From NCBI RefSeq assembly GCF_964059045.1, contig NZ_OZ060402.1, positions 360,001-392,000 of the forward strand: DNA of 32,000 nt. Reading direction: 5' to 3'. This document shows positions 9,563-20,387 of this stretch, piece after piece. Both the position numbers and the translations under genes were made by a program. Source of the stretch: Candidatus Saccharimonadota bacterium. GTDB lineage: Bacteria > Pseudomonadota > Gammaproteobacteria > Enterobacterales > Enterobacteriaceae. Every line of letters starts with the position of its first letter. The first letter of the stretch is position 1. Under the pieces are notes generated by a model that was given only the letters and a program-made list of their open reading frames with translations, had not been told where the DNA came from and did no database searches.

Positions 9563-10747
9563 TTAAATATTGAATGCATTTCTTAAAGATATCATAAATG
9601 ATGAATCTAAACAAAATGTTTTACCAGGACTATCGGATATTTTTGCTACTGGTTTATTATTACAAGAAACTAATTTAATTACAATGTTTAATGCATGAAC
9701 ATCTGGAATATCACATGTTAATTGAGTTCCTAAACCAAATACTATTTGAATTTTATGCTTAAAAGTTTGATACAAATGAATAATATTATTAAAATTTAAA
9801 TTATCTGAAAATAATAATGTTTTAGTTAATGGATCTATTCCTAATTTCTGGTAATGCATAATAGCTTTTTCTCCCCATTCTAAAGGATCTCCAGAATCAT
9901 GTCTAATACCTTGATATTTTTTTGATAAATCATATTCAAAATCTTTTAAAAATGAATCCATATTAATACAATCTGTCAATGCAATATTTAAATAATCATT
10001 ATAAAATTCCAACCAAATATTTAAAGCTAATTTTTGACTAGAAGATAATATTTTACTAATTTGTTGATGAGCTTGAAACCATTCATGAGCTTGTGTTCCA
10101 AATGGCGTTAATTTAAAAATACGAGCGAAATGATAATTACTTGTACCAATAAACCAAGGAAATTTGTTTTTTAATATTTCAATAATAGAAAAATGAATTT
10201 TATATGAAAATCTTCTTCTCGTTCCAAAATCTATTATCTTTAATTTAGATAATTCAATATTCTTAGTCAAATGATTAAAATTTAATATTTTTTTATGAAG
10301 ATAATCAATAGCTATTCTTTTATTAATATTAGGATAACGATCGCGATTAACTAATTCACTAATTAATGATAAAATAGGAACTTCCCATAAGATTACTTCT
10401 TTCCATAAACCCATAATTCTAATATTTAATTTTCCATGAATATTAGTTATTTTTACTTGAGAAACATCAAAACGAAATTTTTTCAACCAAGTTAAATATT
10501 CCAAATGGAAATATGGAAAAGACAAAAGATAATTATATTCATCATGACTAAGATATAAATTAGACATCATTTGAATCTGTTCTTTTAATAAATCTATATA
10601 TTTACCTAATAAATTTTTACCTCTACAAATAAATTCTGATACTACTGTTACTGTACTATATTTAAAAAAAACAAGTTGTTGCATATGTATTTTATAAGCA
10701 TCAGTATCTAAAAAATATTTTAAAATAGGAGAATCATGTTTTTTCAT
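9563..10747 (-). CDS. pncB: nicotinate phosphoribosyltransferase
   Basis: [24 protein letters not shown] aligns with the E. coli PncB N-terminus (..SPVLHSLLDTDAYKLHMQQ). The track ORF begins 22 codons earlier at a TTG (10811-10813), and that extension has no homology. I prefer ATG 10745-10747, giving 394 aa, but the exact start is uncertain; ATGs at 10762 and 10768 are alternatives. Confidence 0.88.
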   Translation of the reverse strand: MKKHDSPILKYFLDTDAYKIHMQQLVFFKYSTVTVVSEFICRGKNLLGKYIDLLKEQIQMMSNLYLSHDEYNYLLSFPYFHLEYLTWLKKFRFDVSQVKITNIHGKLNIRIMGLWKEVILWEVPILSLISELVNRDRYPNINKRIAIDYLHKKILNFNHLTKNIELSKLKIIDFGTRRRFSYKIHFSIIEILKNKFPWFIGTSNYHFARIFKLTPFGTQAHEWFQAHQQISKILSSSQKLALNIWLEFYNDYLNIALTDCINMDSFLKDFEYDLSKKYQGIRHDSGDPLEWGEKAIMHYQKLGIDPLTKTLLFSDNLNFNNIIHLYQTFKHKIQIVFGLGTQLTCDIPDVHALNIVIKLVSCNNKPVAKISDSPGKTFCLDSSFMISLRNAFNI

Positions 10748-11159
10748 ATTATACTTAATCATTTTCATATTTAATTTTTTATAAAAATAGAATATTAATA
10801 TTAAAAATATCAATATTAACTAATATACATATTTTTATATGTATTTATATTCATAAAATAATAATAAAAATATTTTTTTAACCTACATAAATACATATCA
10901 AAAATAAAATAAATATCAAAAGTAAAATATTTTTTATATGTAATTTTTTTATAAATAAAACTAAAACAATCATTATAAAAAATTAAATTTAATAATAGTT
11001 TTTATTATAATATATCTAAATGTACTAAATGTTAATAATAATTAATTATTAAAAAATAAAATTTCATATAAATATATTTTTATTTGATTAATTAAAAATT
11101 CATTTTCATAATTATAATAAAATTAAATTTTAAAATATAACATTTTTAGGAAAAATTTT

Positions 11160-13052
11160 ATGTCTATTATAAATTTACAAAATTCTTTTTTATCTTTTCA
11201 CAAATTAATTATATTAAATAATGTCAATTTACAAATTAATAACAATGAAAGGATTTGTTTAATTGGAAAAAACGGAGCTGGTAAATCTACATTATTAAAA
11301 GTGCTTGCAAAAAAACAAGAACTAGATCAAGGGAAAATTACATATAAAAATGGAATTAAAATATCTTATTTAAGTCAAAATACACCTGTAGTTTTAGAAC
11401 AAAATATTGATGATTTTATATTCAATCAAAAATATTGCATAAAAAAACAATCAAAAAAATCATGCTTAATCCAAAATAATAATATAAAAAATATTAATAT
11501 ATCACATATGATTAAAAATCAATTTAATCAATCTAATCAACAATCAAAAATTAATCAAATTATTCATTCTTTAAATATAAAAAAACATGATAAATTATCT
11601 AACTTATCTGGTGGTGAATTACAAAAAACAATGTTAGCAAAAGCAATTATTAATGATGCAGATTTACTACTATTAGATGAACCTACTAATCACTTAGATC
11701 TAAAAACTATTATATGGTTAGAAAATTTCTTTATAAAATTTTCAGGAAGTATATTATTCATCTCACATGACCGTGCTTTTATTCAAAAAATTTGCACAAA
11801 AATTATTAATTTAGATAGAGGAGATTTAATTGTATTCCCTGGTAATTATAACCAATTCAATCAAAAAAAAGAAAAAAAAAATGAAATTGAATTAATAAAA
11901 AATGAAAAATTAAAAAAAAAAATAGAACAAGAAAATAAATGGTTTAAAAAAAATACTAAAGCAAGATGTACAAGAAATGAAGGAAGAGTTAAAATATTAA
12001 AAAAAAATCAAAATATTTTTAATAATTTAATTAAAATGCCTAAAAAAGTTAATATTGATATCAATTATCAAGAAAATTATCAAAAAATTATTTGTAAAAT
12101 TCGTAATATTACTTTTAATATTCAAAAAAAAAGTATTTTAAAAATATTTTCAGAAACTATCATAAAAGGAGATAAAATAGCATTAATTGGAAATAATGGA
12201 TCTGGAAAAAGCACTATGTTAAAATTAATTTTAAAAAACATTAATCCTACTACAGGAAAAATTACATTAAATAAAAATTTAAATATTGCTTATTTTGATC
12301 AAAATCATTCAACATTAAATTTAAATCAAAATATATTAGAAAATTTATCTTATGGAAAACAAGAAATCGTCATTAATAAAAAAAAAGAAAGTATTACACA
12401 TTATCTTCAAAAATTTTTATTCTCTGAAGATCAAATTACAAGACCTATTCAAACATTATCTGGAGGAGAAAAAAGTCGATTATTACTAGCTAAAATTTTT
12501 TTAATTCCAAGCAATGTATTAATTTTAGATGAACCTACTAATAATCTTGATATAGAAACATTAAAAATATTAGAAAATGCAATTATTAATTATACAGGTA
12601 CGGTATTATTAGTCAGTCATGATAGAACTTTTATTAATAATACTGTTAAAAAATGTTGGTATTTTACTAATACAGGTCAAATTCACAATTATATAGGGGG
12701 ATACAAAAATATTCCTAAAAAATTATATATAAAAAATATTAATCAAAAAAAACCAGAAAAACTTAAAAAAAATATTAATAATACTAATATAACTAATAAA
12801 AAAATAAATAATCCAAAATTGAGTTATCATCTTCAAAAAGAACTATATAATTTGCCATCGATGATAGAAAAAATCGAAAAAAATATTTTTTATATACAAC
12901 AAAATATGAAACAAAAATCTTTTTTTACTCAAAATCAACAAGAAATAAAATTAAAAACAAAAGAATTAAAAAAGAAAGAAAAAGAATTAAATAATGCTTT
13001 TAATAGATGGAATGAATTAGAACAATTAAAAAATTATTTTAATAAAAAATAG
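11160..13052 (+). CDS. uup: ABC-F family ATPase Uup
   Basis: 630 aa with two ABC cassettes. Walker A motifs are GKNGAGKST and GNNGSGKST. Signature motifs are LSGGELQ and LSGGEKS. Walker B motifs are LLLLDEPTNHLD and LILDEPTNNLD. The C-terminal coiled-coil LSYHLQKELYNLPSMIEKIE is collinear with E. coli Uup (635 aa). Confidence 0.9.
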   Translation: MSIINLQNSFLSFHKLIILNNVNLQINNNERICLIGKNGAGKSTLLKVLAKKQELDQGKITYKNGIKISYLSQNTPVVLEQNIDDFIFNQKYCIKKQSKKSCLIQNNNIKNINISHMIKNQFNQSNQQSKINQIIHSLNIKKHDKLSNLSGGELQKTMLAKAIINDADLLLLDEPTNHLDLKTIIWLENFFIKFSGSILFISHDRAFIQKICTKIINLDRGDLIVFPGNYNQFNQKKEKKNEIELIKNEKLKKKIEQENKWFKKNTKARCTRNEGRVKILKKNQNIFNNLIKMPKKVNIDINYQENYQKIICKIRNITFNIQKKSILKIFSETIIKGDKIALIGNNGSGKSTMLKLILKNINPTTGKITLNKNLNIAYFDQNHSTLNLNQNILENLSYGKQEIVINKKKESITHYLQKFLFSEDQITRPIQTLSGGEKSRLLLAKIFLIPSNVLILDEPTNNLDIETLKILENAIINYTGTVLLVSHDRTFINNTVKKCWYFTNTGQIHNYIGGYKNIPKKLYIKNINQKKPEKLKKNINNTNITNKKINNPKLSYHLQKELYNLPSMIEKIEKNIFYIQQNMKQKSFFTQNQQEIKLKTKELKKKEKELNNAFNRWNELEQLKNYFNKK

Positions 13053-13163
13053 AATGATTCATTCAAATAAAAAAATATAATTTTTATGTTGTTCATAATA
13101 AACTTATATAAATAATTTAAAATAAAAATATTTATTTTTTTAAAAAAATCATTAAAAATATAA

Positions 13164-13208
13164 ATTAAATAATAAAATATTTTTAAAAAAAATATTTTAT
13201 TATTTAAT
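13164..13208. repeat. perfect inverted repeat with 21-bp arms and a 3-nt loop, A/T only, between convergent uup and trhO (candidate bidirectional terminator)
   Basis: ATTAAATAATAAAATATTTTT (13164-13184), AAA, then AAAAATATTTTATTATTTAAT (13188-13208). I verified all 21 positions as complementary one base at a time. Position 13163/13209 is a mismatch. Confidence 0.6.
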
Positions 13209-13300
13209 AATTATTTTATTAATGACTAATCAATCATATTTTTATAATATTTAAAAATAATAAATTATTAAAATAGATATAATATATATGTAAAAATAAA

Positions 13301-14251
13301 TTATTTTTTATAATTATTTAATTTATTTTGACATAAATATGAGCAACATTGATTAAACTTATAATTACATTTTATACATTGTATAAATAATAAATGACAT
13401 TTTTGATAATTACAATTAACATAACTATCACAAGGACAATTACATTGTCTACAATAAGATATTACATCATCTGAAATTTTTTCAACTAATCTCGAATCAA
13501 ATACAAAATTTTTACCCTTAAAATAAATTGGTAAATTTTTTTTACGAGCTTCATGAATATAACCGATAATACCATTTTTAATTTGATAAACATATTTAAA
13601 ATTATGATATTTTAACCATGCCGAAGATTTTTCGCATCGAATACCTCCAGTACAATACATCACAATATTTTTATATTTATAAGGAATTAATTCATCAATA
13701 ATAATTTTTAATTGATCACGAAAAGTATTTTTTTTGATATTAATTGCTCGATCAAAATGACCAATTTTATATTCGTAACTATTTCTCATATCTACAAAAA
13801 CAGATTCTGGATCAGAATACATATTATTAACTGATTCAGCGTTCAAATATATACCAGTTTTTTTAATATTAAATTTTGTATCATTAAGACCATCAGAAAC
13901 GATTTTTTTTCGTACTTTTATTCTTAAAACCCAAAATGAAAAATTACTATTATCTATAGATTGATTAATATGAATATCATCAAATATACTAGAAAATTGT
14001 GATAAAATACTACTAAATGAAAAAAAAATTTTTTCAGGAACACTGATTTGAGCATTAATACCTTCTTGAGCAATATATACTCTACCTAAAATATTTAAAC
14101 GATTAAAAAAAATATATAAATTATTTCGAAATAATATTGGATTACAAATATTAAAATATTTATAAAAAGAAAGAGTAATCCTAGATTGAGATTCAATCAT
14201 AACTTGATTTTTTAATTTTTTATTAGAAATTAAATTACATAAATGTAACAT
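13301..14251 (-). CDS. trhO: rhodanese-domain tRNA uridine(34) hydroxylase TrhO (YceA, UPF0176)
   Basis: 316 aa. The N-terminus MLHLCNLISNKKLKNQVMIESQSRITLSFYKYF aligns with E. coli YceA ([33 protein letters not shown]). It has the active-site loop MYCTGGIRCEK and a C-terminal Cys-rich region. ATG at 14249-14251. Confidence 0.9.
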   Translation of the reverse strand: MLHLCNLISNKKLKNQVMIESQSRITLSFYKYFNICNPILFRNNLYIFFNRLNILGRVYIAQEGINAQISVPEKIFFSFSSILSQFSSIFDDIHINQSIDNSNFSFWVLRIKVRKKIVSDGLNDTKFNIKKTGIYLNAESVNNMYSDPESVFVDMRNSYEYKIGHFDRAINIKKNTFRDQLKIIIDELIPYKYKNIVMYCTGGIRCEKSSAWLKYHNFKYVYQIKNGIIGYIHEARKKNLPIYFKGKNFVFDSRLVEKISDDVISYCRQCNCPCDSYVNCNYQKCHLLFIQCIKCNYKFNQCCSYLCQNKLNNYKK

Positions 14252-14393
14252 AAATGATATGCCCTAATTTTAAAAAAATCATGAAAAAATAATTAAAAAT
14301 AATAATATTAATTAATAATTATATTATTTCAAAAAATCTTTATTATTTAAAAATAACTTTAAATTTAATAAAAATAAAAAAATATTGTTAATA

Positions 14394-17249
14394 TTATTGA
14401 ATATAATTTTTTAATTTATTTTGTTTATTTTTTAATTCTAATAATTTATTTTGTTCTTTATTAATAATCTCTTTTGGTGCTCTGGTTAAAAAATTATCAT
14501 CAGATAATTTTTTTTTACAAATTTGAATTTGTTTTTTAACATAATTATACTTGTTTTTTATGTTTGTAAATTGATATTTAATCATATTTTTATTTAATAA
14601 TGTATGATGTACAATAATACATTCTAATCCAACAATATGTATTTTTATACCAATAGGACAAATATCATGTTCATTTAAAATAGTAAAATTTTTTAAATTT
14701 AATATTTTAATTAAAAAATCCCCATATTTACTTAAATATTTTTTACTTTTTATGTTAACATTTTTAAAAAACAAACTTAATAAATTTTTTTTACTTAAAT
14801 TGAAATTAATTTTAAAATTTCTCAATTCACAAATTATTTCTTGAATCCAAACAATATCTTCTAATATTATTTTTTTATTTTCAGGAATAACATAAGATTT
14901 TGGAAATTTTTGAATCATAATACTTTGATTACATTTGTTATTCATAAATAATGGTAACCGTTTCCAAATACTTTCAGTAATATATGGAATAATAGGATGC
15001 GCTAATCTTAAAATTTGTTCTAACAGTATTAATAATGTATATTGAGTTTTTTGTTTTTGAATCTGATTTGAATCACGTAAAATAACTTTAGATAATTCCA
15101 AATACCAATCACAAAACTTATTCCAAACAAAATCATATAAAATATTTGCTGCTTTATCAAATCTGTAATTATCTAAAGCTATTCGATAATTCTTAATAGT
15201 TTCATTTAATTCAATTTTAATCCATTGATCAAAAACAAAAGTGCTATTATCAATACCAAATATATTCAAATCTAATTCTTGACAATTGATTATTACAAAA
15301 CGACTAGCATTCCATAATTTGTTACAAAAATTTCGATAACTCTTTAAACGACTATGATCCCAATTAATATTTTTATTCAATAAAGATAATGAAGCAAATG
15401 TAAATCTTAAAGCATCTGTTCCTGATTCTTCAATACCATTTGGAAAAGATAATTTTGTTCTTTGAGATATGATTTTTTTTAATTCAGGTTTAATCATATT
15501 TTTAGTCCTTTTTCGAATCAGTTCAATTAAATTAATACCGTTTATCATATCTAATGGATCTAAAACATTACCTTTAGATTTAGACATTTTTTGTCCAATT
15601 TCATCCCGAATGAGTCCAGTAATTAAAATTTTTTTAAATGGAACCTGACTGTTTCCTTGATCATCTTTAATTAAATACATTGTTAACATAATCATTCTAG
15701 AAATCCAAAAAAAAATAATATCAAAACCAGTAACTAATAAATCAGTACTATGAAATAATTTAAAATACTCAGTATCTGCTGGCCAACCTAAAGAACTAAA
15801 TGTCCATAAAGCTGAAGAAAACCAAGTATCTAATACATCTGTTTCTTGAACTAATATTGTTTCAGGAGATATTTTATAATTTTTCCTGACATCTTCTTCA
15901 TTATGTCCGACAAATACATTTTTGTTTTTATCAAACCAAATAGGAATTTGATGCCCCCACCATAATTGACGAGAAATACACCAATCTTCAATATTGTTCA
16001 TCCAAGAAAAATAAATTTTTTCATATTTTTTAGGTATAAATTCAATCCTTCCATCTCTGACAGCTTGAATAGCTTCTTTAGCTAATAAAGAAGTACTTAA
16101 ATACCATTGATTAGTCAACATAGGTTCTATAATCTTACCACTGCGATCACCATATGGTAATGTCAGTATTTTAGATATTGTTTTTTTTAATAAATTTAAT
16201 TCTATTAATTTATTAATAATATTTTTTCTTGCTAAATTTAAATTTAATTGTTGTAGTTCAACAGGAATAGAATCATCATAGATTTTAGAAAAATTACCAG
16301 AATAATCAAAAATTTGTAATTTTTCTCTAATTTTACCATCTAATGTATAAATATTTATCATTGGTAATTTATGAATTAAAGCTATTTTATAATCATGGAA
16401 ATCATGAGCAGGTGTTATTTTTACACAACCAGTTCCTTGATTTTGATTAATATGAGTATCAGCAATAATTGGAATAAGACGATTAATAATTGGTACTAAA
16501 ACATATAAACCAATATATTTTTGATATCTTCCATCTTCAGGATGTACCGCTAGAGCTACATCTCCTAATAATGTTTCTGGTCTAGTAGTCTCAATTAATA
16601 AATAATTTTTATCTAAATTATTTTTTTCTTTACTAAATATAAAATACTTAATCCAATATACTAATCCATTGACATCACGATGTTCTACTTCTAAATCAGA
16701 AATAACAGTTTGTAATTGTACATCCCAGTTTGAAATTTTTTTTCTTTGGTAAATTAATTTGTCTTTATATAATTGAATAAAAGCTGTTTTTACAGCAATA
16801 GACATTCCTTTATCTAGTGTAAATCTTTCATTTTTCCAATCAACAGAATTCCCTAGTTTCTTCATTTGATTATTAATAGAAAGATTAAATTTTGATTTCC
16901 ATTTCCATATTTTTTCAATAAATTCAGAACGTGTATATTCTATTCTTTTTTTCCCTTCTTCTAATTCTAATTTTTTTTCTACTAAAATTTGAGTAGCAAT
17001 ACCAGCATGATCAGTACCTACCTGCCATAATGTATTTTTACCTTGCATACGATGATATCGAATTATTATGTCCATAATAGTCTGTTGAAATGCATGCCCC
17101 ATATGTAAATCACCAGTAATATTTGGAGGTGGTATTACTATACAAAAATTATTTTTTTTAATGTTTTTATTAGGCCTGAATAAATTATTTTTTTCCCAAA
17201 AATGATATATTTTTTCTTCAATATATTGAGGTTGATATTTAGTTTTCAT
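14394..17249 (-). CDS. valS: valine--tRNA ligase
   Basis: It has the class I HIGH motif (PNITGDLHMGHAF) and KMSKS (QKMSKSKGN). The track ORF begins at a TTG (17271-17273). ATG 17247-17249 gives MKTKYQPQYIEEK..., which aligns with E. coli MEKTYNPQDIEQ, and a length of 951 aa, equal to E. coli ValS. Confidence 0.94.
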   Translation of the reverse strand: MKTKYQPQYIEEKIYHFWEKNNLFRPNKNIKKNNFCIVIPPPNITGDLHMGHAFQQTIMDIIIRYHRMQGKNTLWQVGTDHAGIATQILVEKKLELEEGKKRIEYTRSEFIEKIWKWKSKFNLSINNQMKKLGNSVDWKNERFTLDKGMSIAVKTAFIQLYKDKLIYQRKKISNWDVQLQTVISDLEVEHRDVNGLVYWIKYFIFSKEKNNLDKNYLLIETTRPETLLGDVALAVHPEDGRYQKYIGLYVLVPIINRLIPIIADTHINQNQGTGCVKITPAHDFHDYKIALIHKLPMINIYTLDGKIREKLQIFDYSGNFSKIYDDSIPVELQQLNLNLARKNIINKLIELNLLKKTISKILTLPYGDRSGKIIEPMLTNQWYLSTSLLAKEAIQAVRDGRIEFIPKKYEKIYFSWMNNIEDWCISRQLWWGHQIPIWFDKNKNVFVGHNEEDVRKNYKISPETILVQETDVLDTWFSSALWTFSSLGWPADTEYFKLFHSTDLLVTGFDIIFFWISRMIMLTMYLIKDDQGNSQVPFKKILITGLIRDEIGQKMSKSKGNVLDPLDMINGINLIELIRKRTKNMIKPELKKIISQRTKLSFPNGIEESGTDALRFTFASLSLLNKNINWDHSRLKSYRNFCNKLWNASRFVIINCQELDLNIFGIDNSTFVFDQWIKIELNETIKNYRIALDNYRFDKAANILYDFVWNKFCDWYLELSKVILRDSNQIQKQKTQYTLLILLEQILRLAHPIIPYITESIWKRLPLFMNNKCNQSIMIQKFPKSYVIPENKKIILEDIVWIQEIICELRNFKINFNLSKKNLLSLFFKNVNIKSKKYLSKYGDFLIKILNLKNFTILNEHDICPIGIKIHIVGLECIIVHHTLLNKNMIKYQFTNIKNKYNYVKKQIQICKKKLSDDNFLTRAPKEIINKEQNKLLELKNKQNKLKNYIQ

Positions 17250-17327
17250 ATTATTTTTATAATCTATGATCAAGTTGTTTAGTAAAAATAAAAAATCAAT
17301 AAATCAATTAATTTTCAATTAACTCTT

Positions 17328-18830
17328 TTAATTATTTAACATGTTTAATATAAATTGTACTAATAAAGAAACTGGTCTTCCAGTTGCTCCTTTTCCATTT
17401 CCCGATAACCATGCCGTGCCAGCAATATCCAAATGTGCCCATTTATATTTGTGTGCAAATTGAGAAAGAAAACAAGAAGCTACAATAGCTCCTGCAGAAT
17501 TATGACCTATATTAGTCATATCAGCTACATAGGAATTTAAATCTTTTTGATATTCATCAATAATTGGTAATCTCCATACTATATCGTTTGTTTGTTTTCC
17601 AGCAATAATTAAAGATTTTGATAAAGAATTACTATTTGACATCAAACCTGTTATATGTGTTCCTAATGCTACAACACAAGCACCTGTTAAAGTAGCCACA
17701 TCTATTACAATTTTAGGATTAAATCTTTCCACATAAGTTAAAACATCACATAAAATTAATCGACCTTCTGCATCTGTATTTAAAACTTCTACAGTTTTGT
17801 TTGACATCGTTTGTAATATATCACCAGGTCGCAAGGAATTACCACCTGGCATATTTTCACAAGTAGCCATTACTCCAATAATATTAATTGGTAACTTTAA
17901 TTTTGCTACTATTAACAATACTCCGTATATAGCTGCAGCCCCACACATATCATATTTCATATAGTGCATATTTAAAGCAGGTTTTATAGACAATCCGCCC
18001 GAATCAAAAGTAACCCCTTTTCCTATAAATACAATATCTTGATAATTATTATTATAATTATTACCATGATATTTAATTACAGTCATGTATGATTGATTTT
18101 TAGAACCTTGACTAACTGCTAAATATGCATGCATACCTAATTGTTTCATTTTAACTTCATCAATAATATCAATATAAATATTCTCTTTATATAATTCAGA
18201 TAAATATTTTGCTTTTTCAACTAAAAATAAAGGATTGCAAATATTAGGAGGTGTGTTACTAATATCTTTTGTTTCTTTAATACCTAAAACAATTGAAGAA
18301 GCATGTTTAATAGCTAATTGAACATATGGTAAATCTTTTTTAAGCAAAATATGAAATATTATTTCTGATAAAACAAAATCATTTCGGACTATTTTTGATT
18401 TAAATTTGTTAAATAAATATAATTGATTTTCTATATACTCTATAGCTAATCGTATTTTCCAATATATATCTCTATTATTTAAATTTAAATCTTGTATAAT
18501 ATATATTACATTTTTTATATTATTTTTTAATAAAATTTGAATACTATTTTGAATAATTTTTTTATATGAATATATCTTTAAATCATTGATTTTACCACAA
18601 CCAATTAATAAAATTTTTTTAATATTAAAATAATTAATATTATGTAATAATAAATTATTCCCAATATCTTGATTAAAATCTTTATTTGCAATTAAATGAC
18701 TAATATAGTTAGAATTAAAATCATCAATATCTTTTACACTTGAAGAAAAAGAAATTGAAGAAAATAAAAATAGCACAAGACAATCAATATTTGAATTTTC
18801 TTTTAAAGAATGAGTTATACTATAATGCAT
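17328..18830 (-). CDS. pepA: leucyl (cytosol) aminopeptidase PepA
   Basis: 500 aa (E. coli 503) with the M17 family signature NTDAEGRLILCD and the VGKGVTFDSGG-type motif (IGKGVTFDSGGLSIK). ATG at 18828-18830. Confidence 0.93.
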   Translation of the reverse strand: MHYSITHSLKENSNIDCLVLFLFSSISFSSSVKDIDDFNSNYISHLIANKDFNQDIGNNLLLHNINYFNIKKILLIGCGKINDLKIYSYKKIIQNSIQILLKNNIKNVIYIIQDLNLNNRDIYWKIRLAIEYIENQLYLFNKFKSKIVRNDFVLSEIIFHILLKKDLPYVQLAIKHASSIVLGIKETKDISNTPPNICNPLFLVEKAKYLSELYKENIYIDIIDEVKMKQLGMHAYLAVSQGSKNQSYMTVIKYHGNNYNNNYQDIVFIGKGVTFDSGGLSIKPALNMHYMKYDMCGAAAIYGVLLIVAKLKLPINIIGVMATCENMPGGNSLRPGDILQTMSNKTVEVLNTDAEGRLILCDVLTYVERFNPKIVIDVATLTGACVVALGTHITGLMSNSNSLSKSLIIAGKQTNDIVWRLPIIDEYQKDLNSYVADMTNIGHNSAGAIVASCFLSQFAHKYKWAHLDIAGTAWLSGNGKGATGRPVSLLVQFILNMLNN

Positions 18831-19096
18831 ATTATTAAACCTTAAATTACTAAATTTAATTTCAATATTAAATTGAATGATTATTTTAAAATAAAATTTT
18901 CCATATTATATGATATAAACTAAATTTATAATATTAAAATTTTTTTTTAATTTTAATTACAAAAATATATTTATTTAAAAAATTATTCAAAAAAAATAAA
19001 TTTAATATATTATAATTATAATTTATTAATTTATATATATGGTTAATAAAAATATATACAAATATTTACTTTTTAAAAATATATTTAGGAAAAAAT

Positions 19097-20104
19097 ATGA
19101 TTAATTTATATCAAAAAAGTTTACTTAGATTATTCGATATTACCAAACAAGAAATTAATTATTTAATTAATTTCTCAAAAATTTTAAAAAAAAATAAAAA
19201 AAATAAAACAGAACAACAATACTTAAAAAAAAAAAATATAGTGTTAATTTTTGAAAAAGAATCTACAAGAACTAGATGTGCTTTTGAAGTAGCTGCTTTT
19301 GATCAAGGAGCTAATATTACATATTTAGGACCAAAAGATACACATTTAGGATCTAAAGAATCAATTAAAGATACTAGTCAAGTTCTTAGTAGTATGTATG
19401 ATGGTATTCAATATCGAGGACATAATCATCAAAATATTGAAATATTATCAAAATATTCTAAAAAACCCGTATGGAATGGATTAACTGAAAAATTCCATCC
19501 TACACAATTATTAGCCGATTTATTAACTATAGAAGAAAATATTAATAAAAAAAAAGATTTATCTGAAATTACGTTGTCATACGTTGGAGATGCTAGTAAT
19601 AATATATGTAATAGTATACTTGAAGCAGCTGCCTTAATTGGATTTAACTTTAAAATAGTTGCCCCTAAAAAATATTGGCCAGAAAAAAAATTTTTTGATA
19701 TCTGTCAAAATAAAATTGAAAAACACAAAAAAAAAATAATATGTACTGAAAACATTCAAGAAGGTGTAAAAAATACAGATTTTATCTATACTGATGTTTG
19801 GATTTCCATGGGAGAACAGAAAAAAAAATGGGAAGAGAAAATTTTTTTTCTAAAAAAATATCAAGTAAATGAATATATGCTGAATTTAACAAATAATCCT
19901 GAAATCAAAATTTTACATTGTTTACCTGCATTACATAATAGTGAAACAAAAATAGGGAAAGAAATATTAAATATATCAGGATTAAAAGATGGATTAGAAA
20001 TCACTAACACAGTATTCAAATTAAATAATAATATAATCTTTCAACAAGCTGAAAATAGACTTCATACTATCAAAGCATTAATTATATCTACATTAATTAT
20101 GTGA
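19097..20104 (+). CDS. argI: ornithine carbamoyltransferase
   Basis: 335 aa with the carbamoyl-phosphate motif [13 protein letters not shown], and the ornithine-binding motifs DVWISMG and HCLPA. AGGA lies 6 nt before the ATG. Confidence 0.93.
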   Translation: MINLYQKSLLRLFDITKQEINYLINFSKILKKNKKNKTEQQYLKKKNIVLIFEKESTRTRCAFEVAAFDQGANITYLGPKDTHLGSKESIKDTSQVLSSMYDGIQYRGHNHQNIEILSKYSKKPVWNGLTEKFHPTQLLADLLTIEENINKKKDLSEITLSYVGDASNNICNSILEAAALIGFNFKIVAPKKYWPEKKFFDICQNKIEKHKKKIICTENIQEGVKNTDFIYTDVWISMGEQKKKWEEKIFFLKKYQVNEYMLNLTNNPEIKILHCLPALHNSETKIGKEILNISGLKDGLEITNTVFKLNNNIIFQQAENRLHTIKALIISTLIM

Positions 20105-20387
20105 TATGATTTTAAATTAATCAAAAAATAATTTTTCAATATTGATATTAAAATATAATATTAAATAATTGTTTTTAAATACATATCCAAAATTTTATAT
20201 ATTAAAAATGATAAAAAATCATTATAATTGTAAATAAATAATTATTATTTTTGTTTTTAAATATTATATATTTAATTAAATTTTTATAATGATTTAAATG
20301 TAAACTAAATTATTTTTATAAAACCGTATAATTATGGTTGTAACATACATAATAATAAATTATTATTAATTTAAAAGGATGACAATA

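Noticed and set aside
10748-10813. N-terminal extensions in the track ORFs of pncB (10748-10813), valS (17250-17273), rpsO (25851-25862) and ridA (20379-20387)
   Set aside because: The pncB and valS extensions start at TTG (rpsO and ridA at an upstream in-frame ATG) and have no counterpart in the orthologues. Internal ATGs give orthologue-length proteins, and for rpsO and ridA they give proper Shine-Dalgarno spacing.
11016-11033. Tandem 9-mer CTAAATGTA CTAAATGTT in the pncB-uup divergent spacer
   Set aside because: There are only two copies, 18 bp in total. This is plausibly a slippage duplication, and nothing supports a function.
18874-18888. TGAATGATTATTTTA in the pepA-argI divergent spacer, resembling half of an ArgR ARG box
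   Set aside because: Only one half-site (TGAAT) matches; the second half is ATTTT rather than ATTCA. There is no tandem second box. Reduced symbionts of this type generally lack argR. In this composition the resemblance is indistinguishable from chance.
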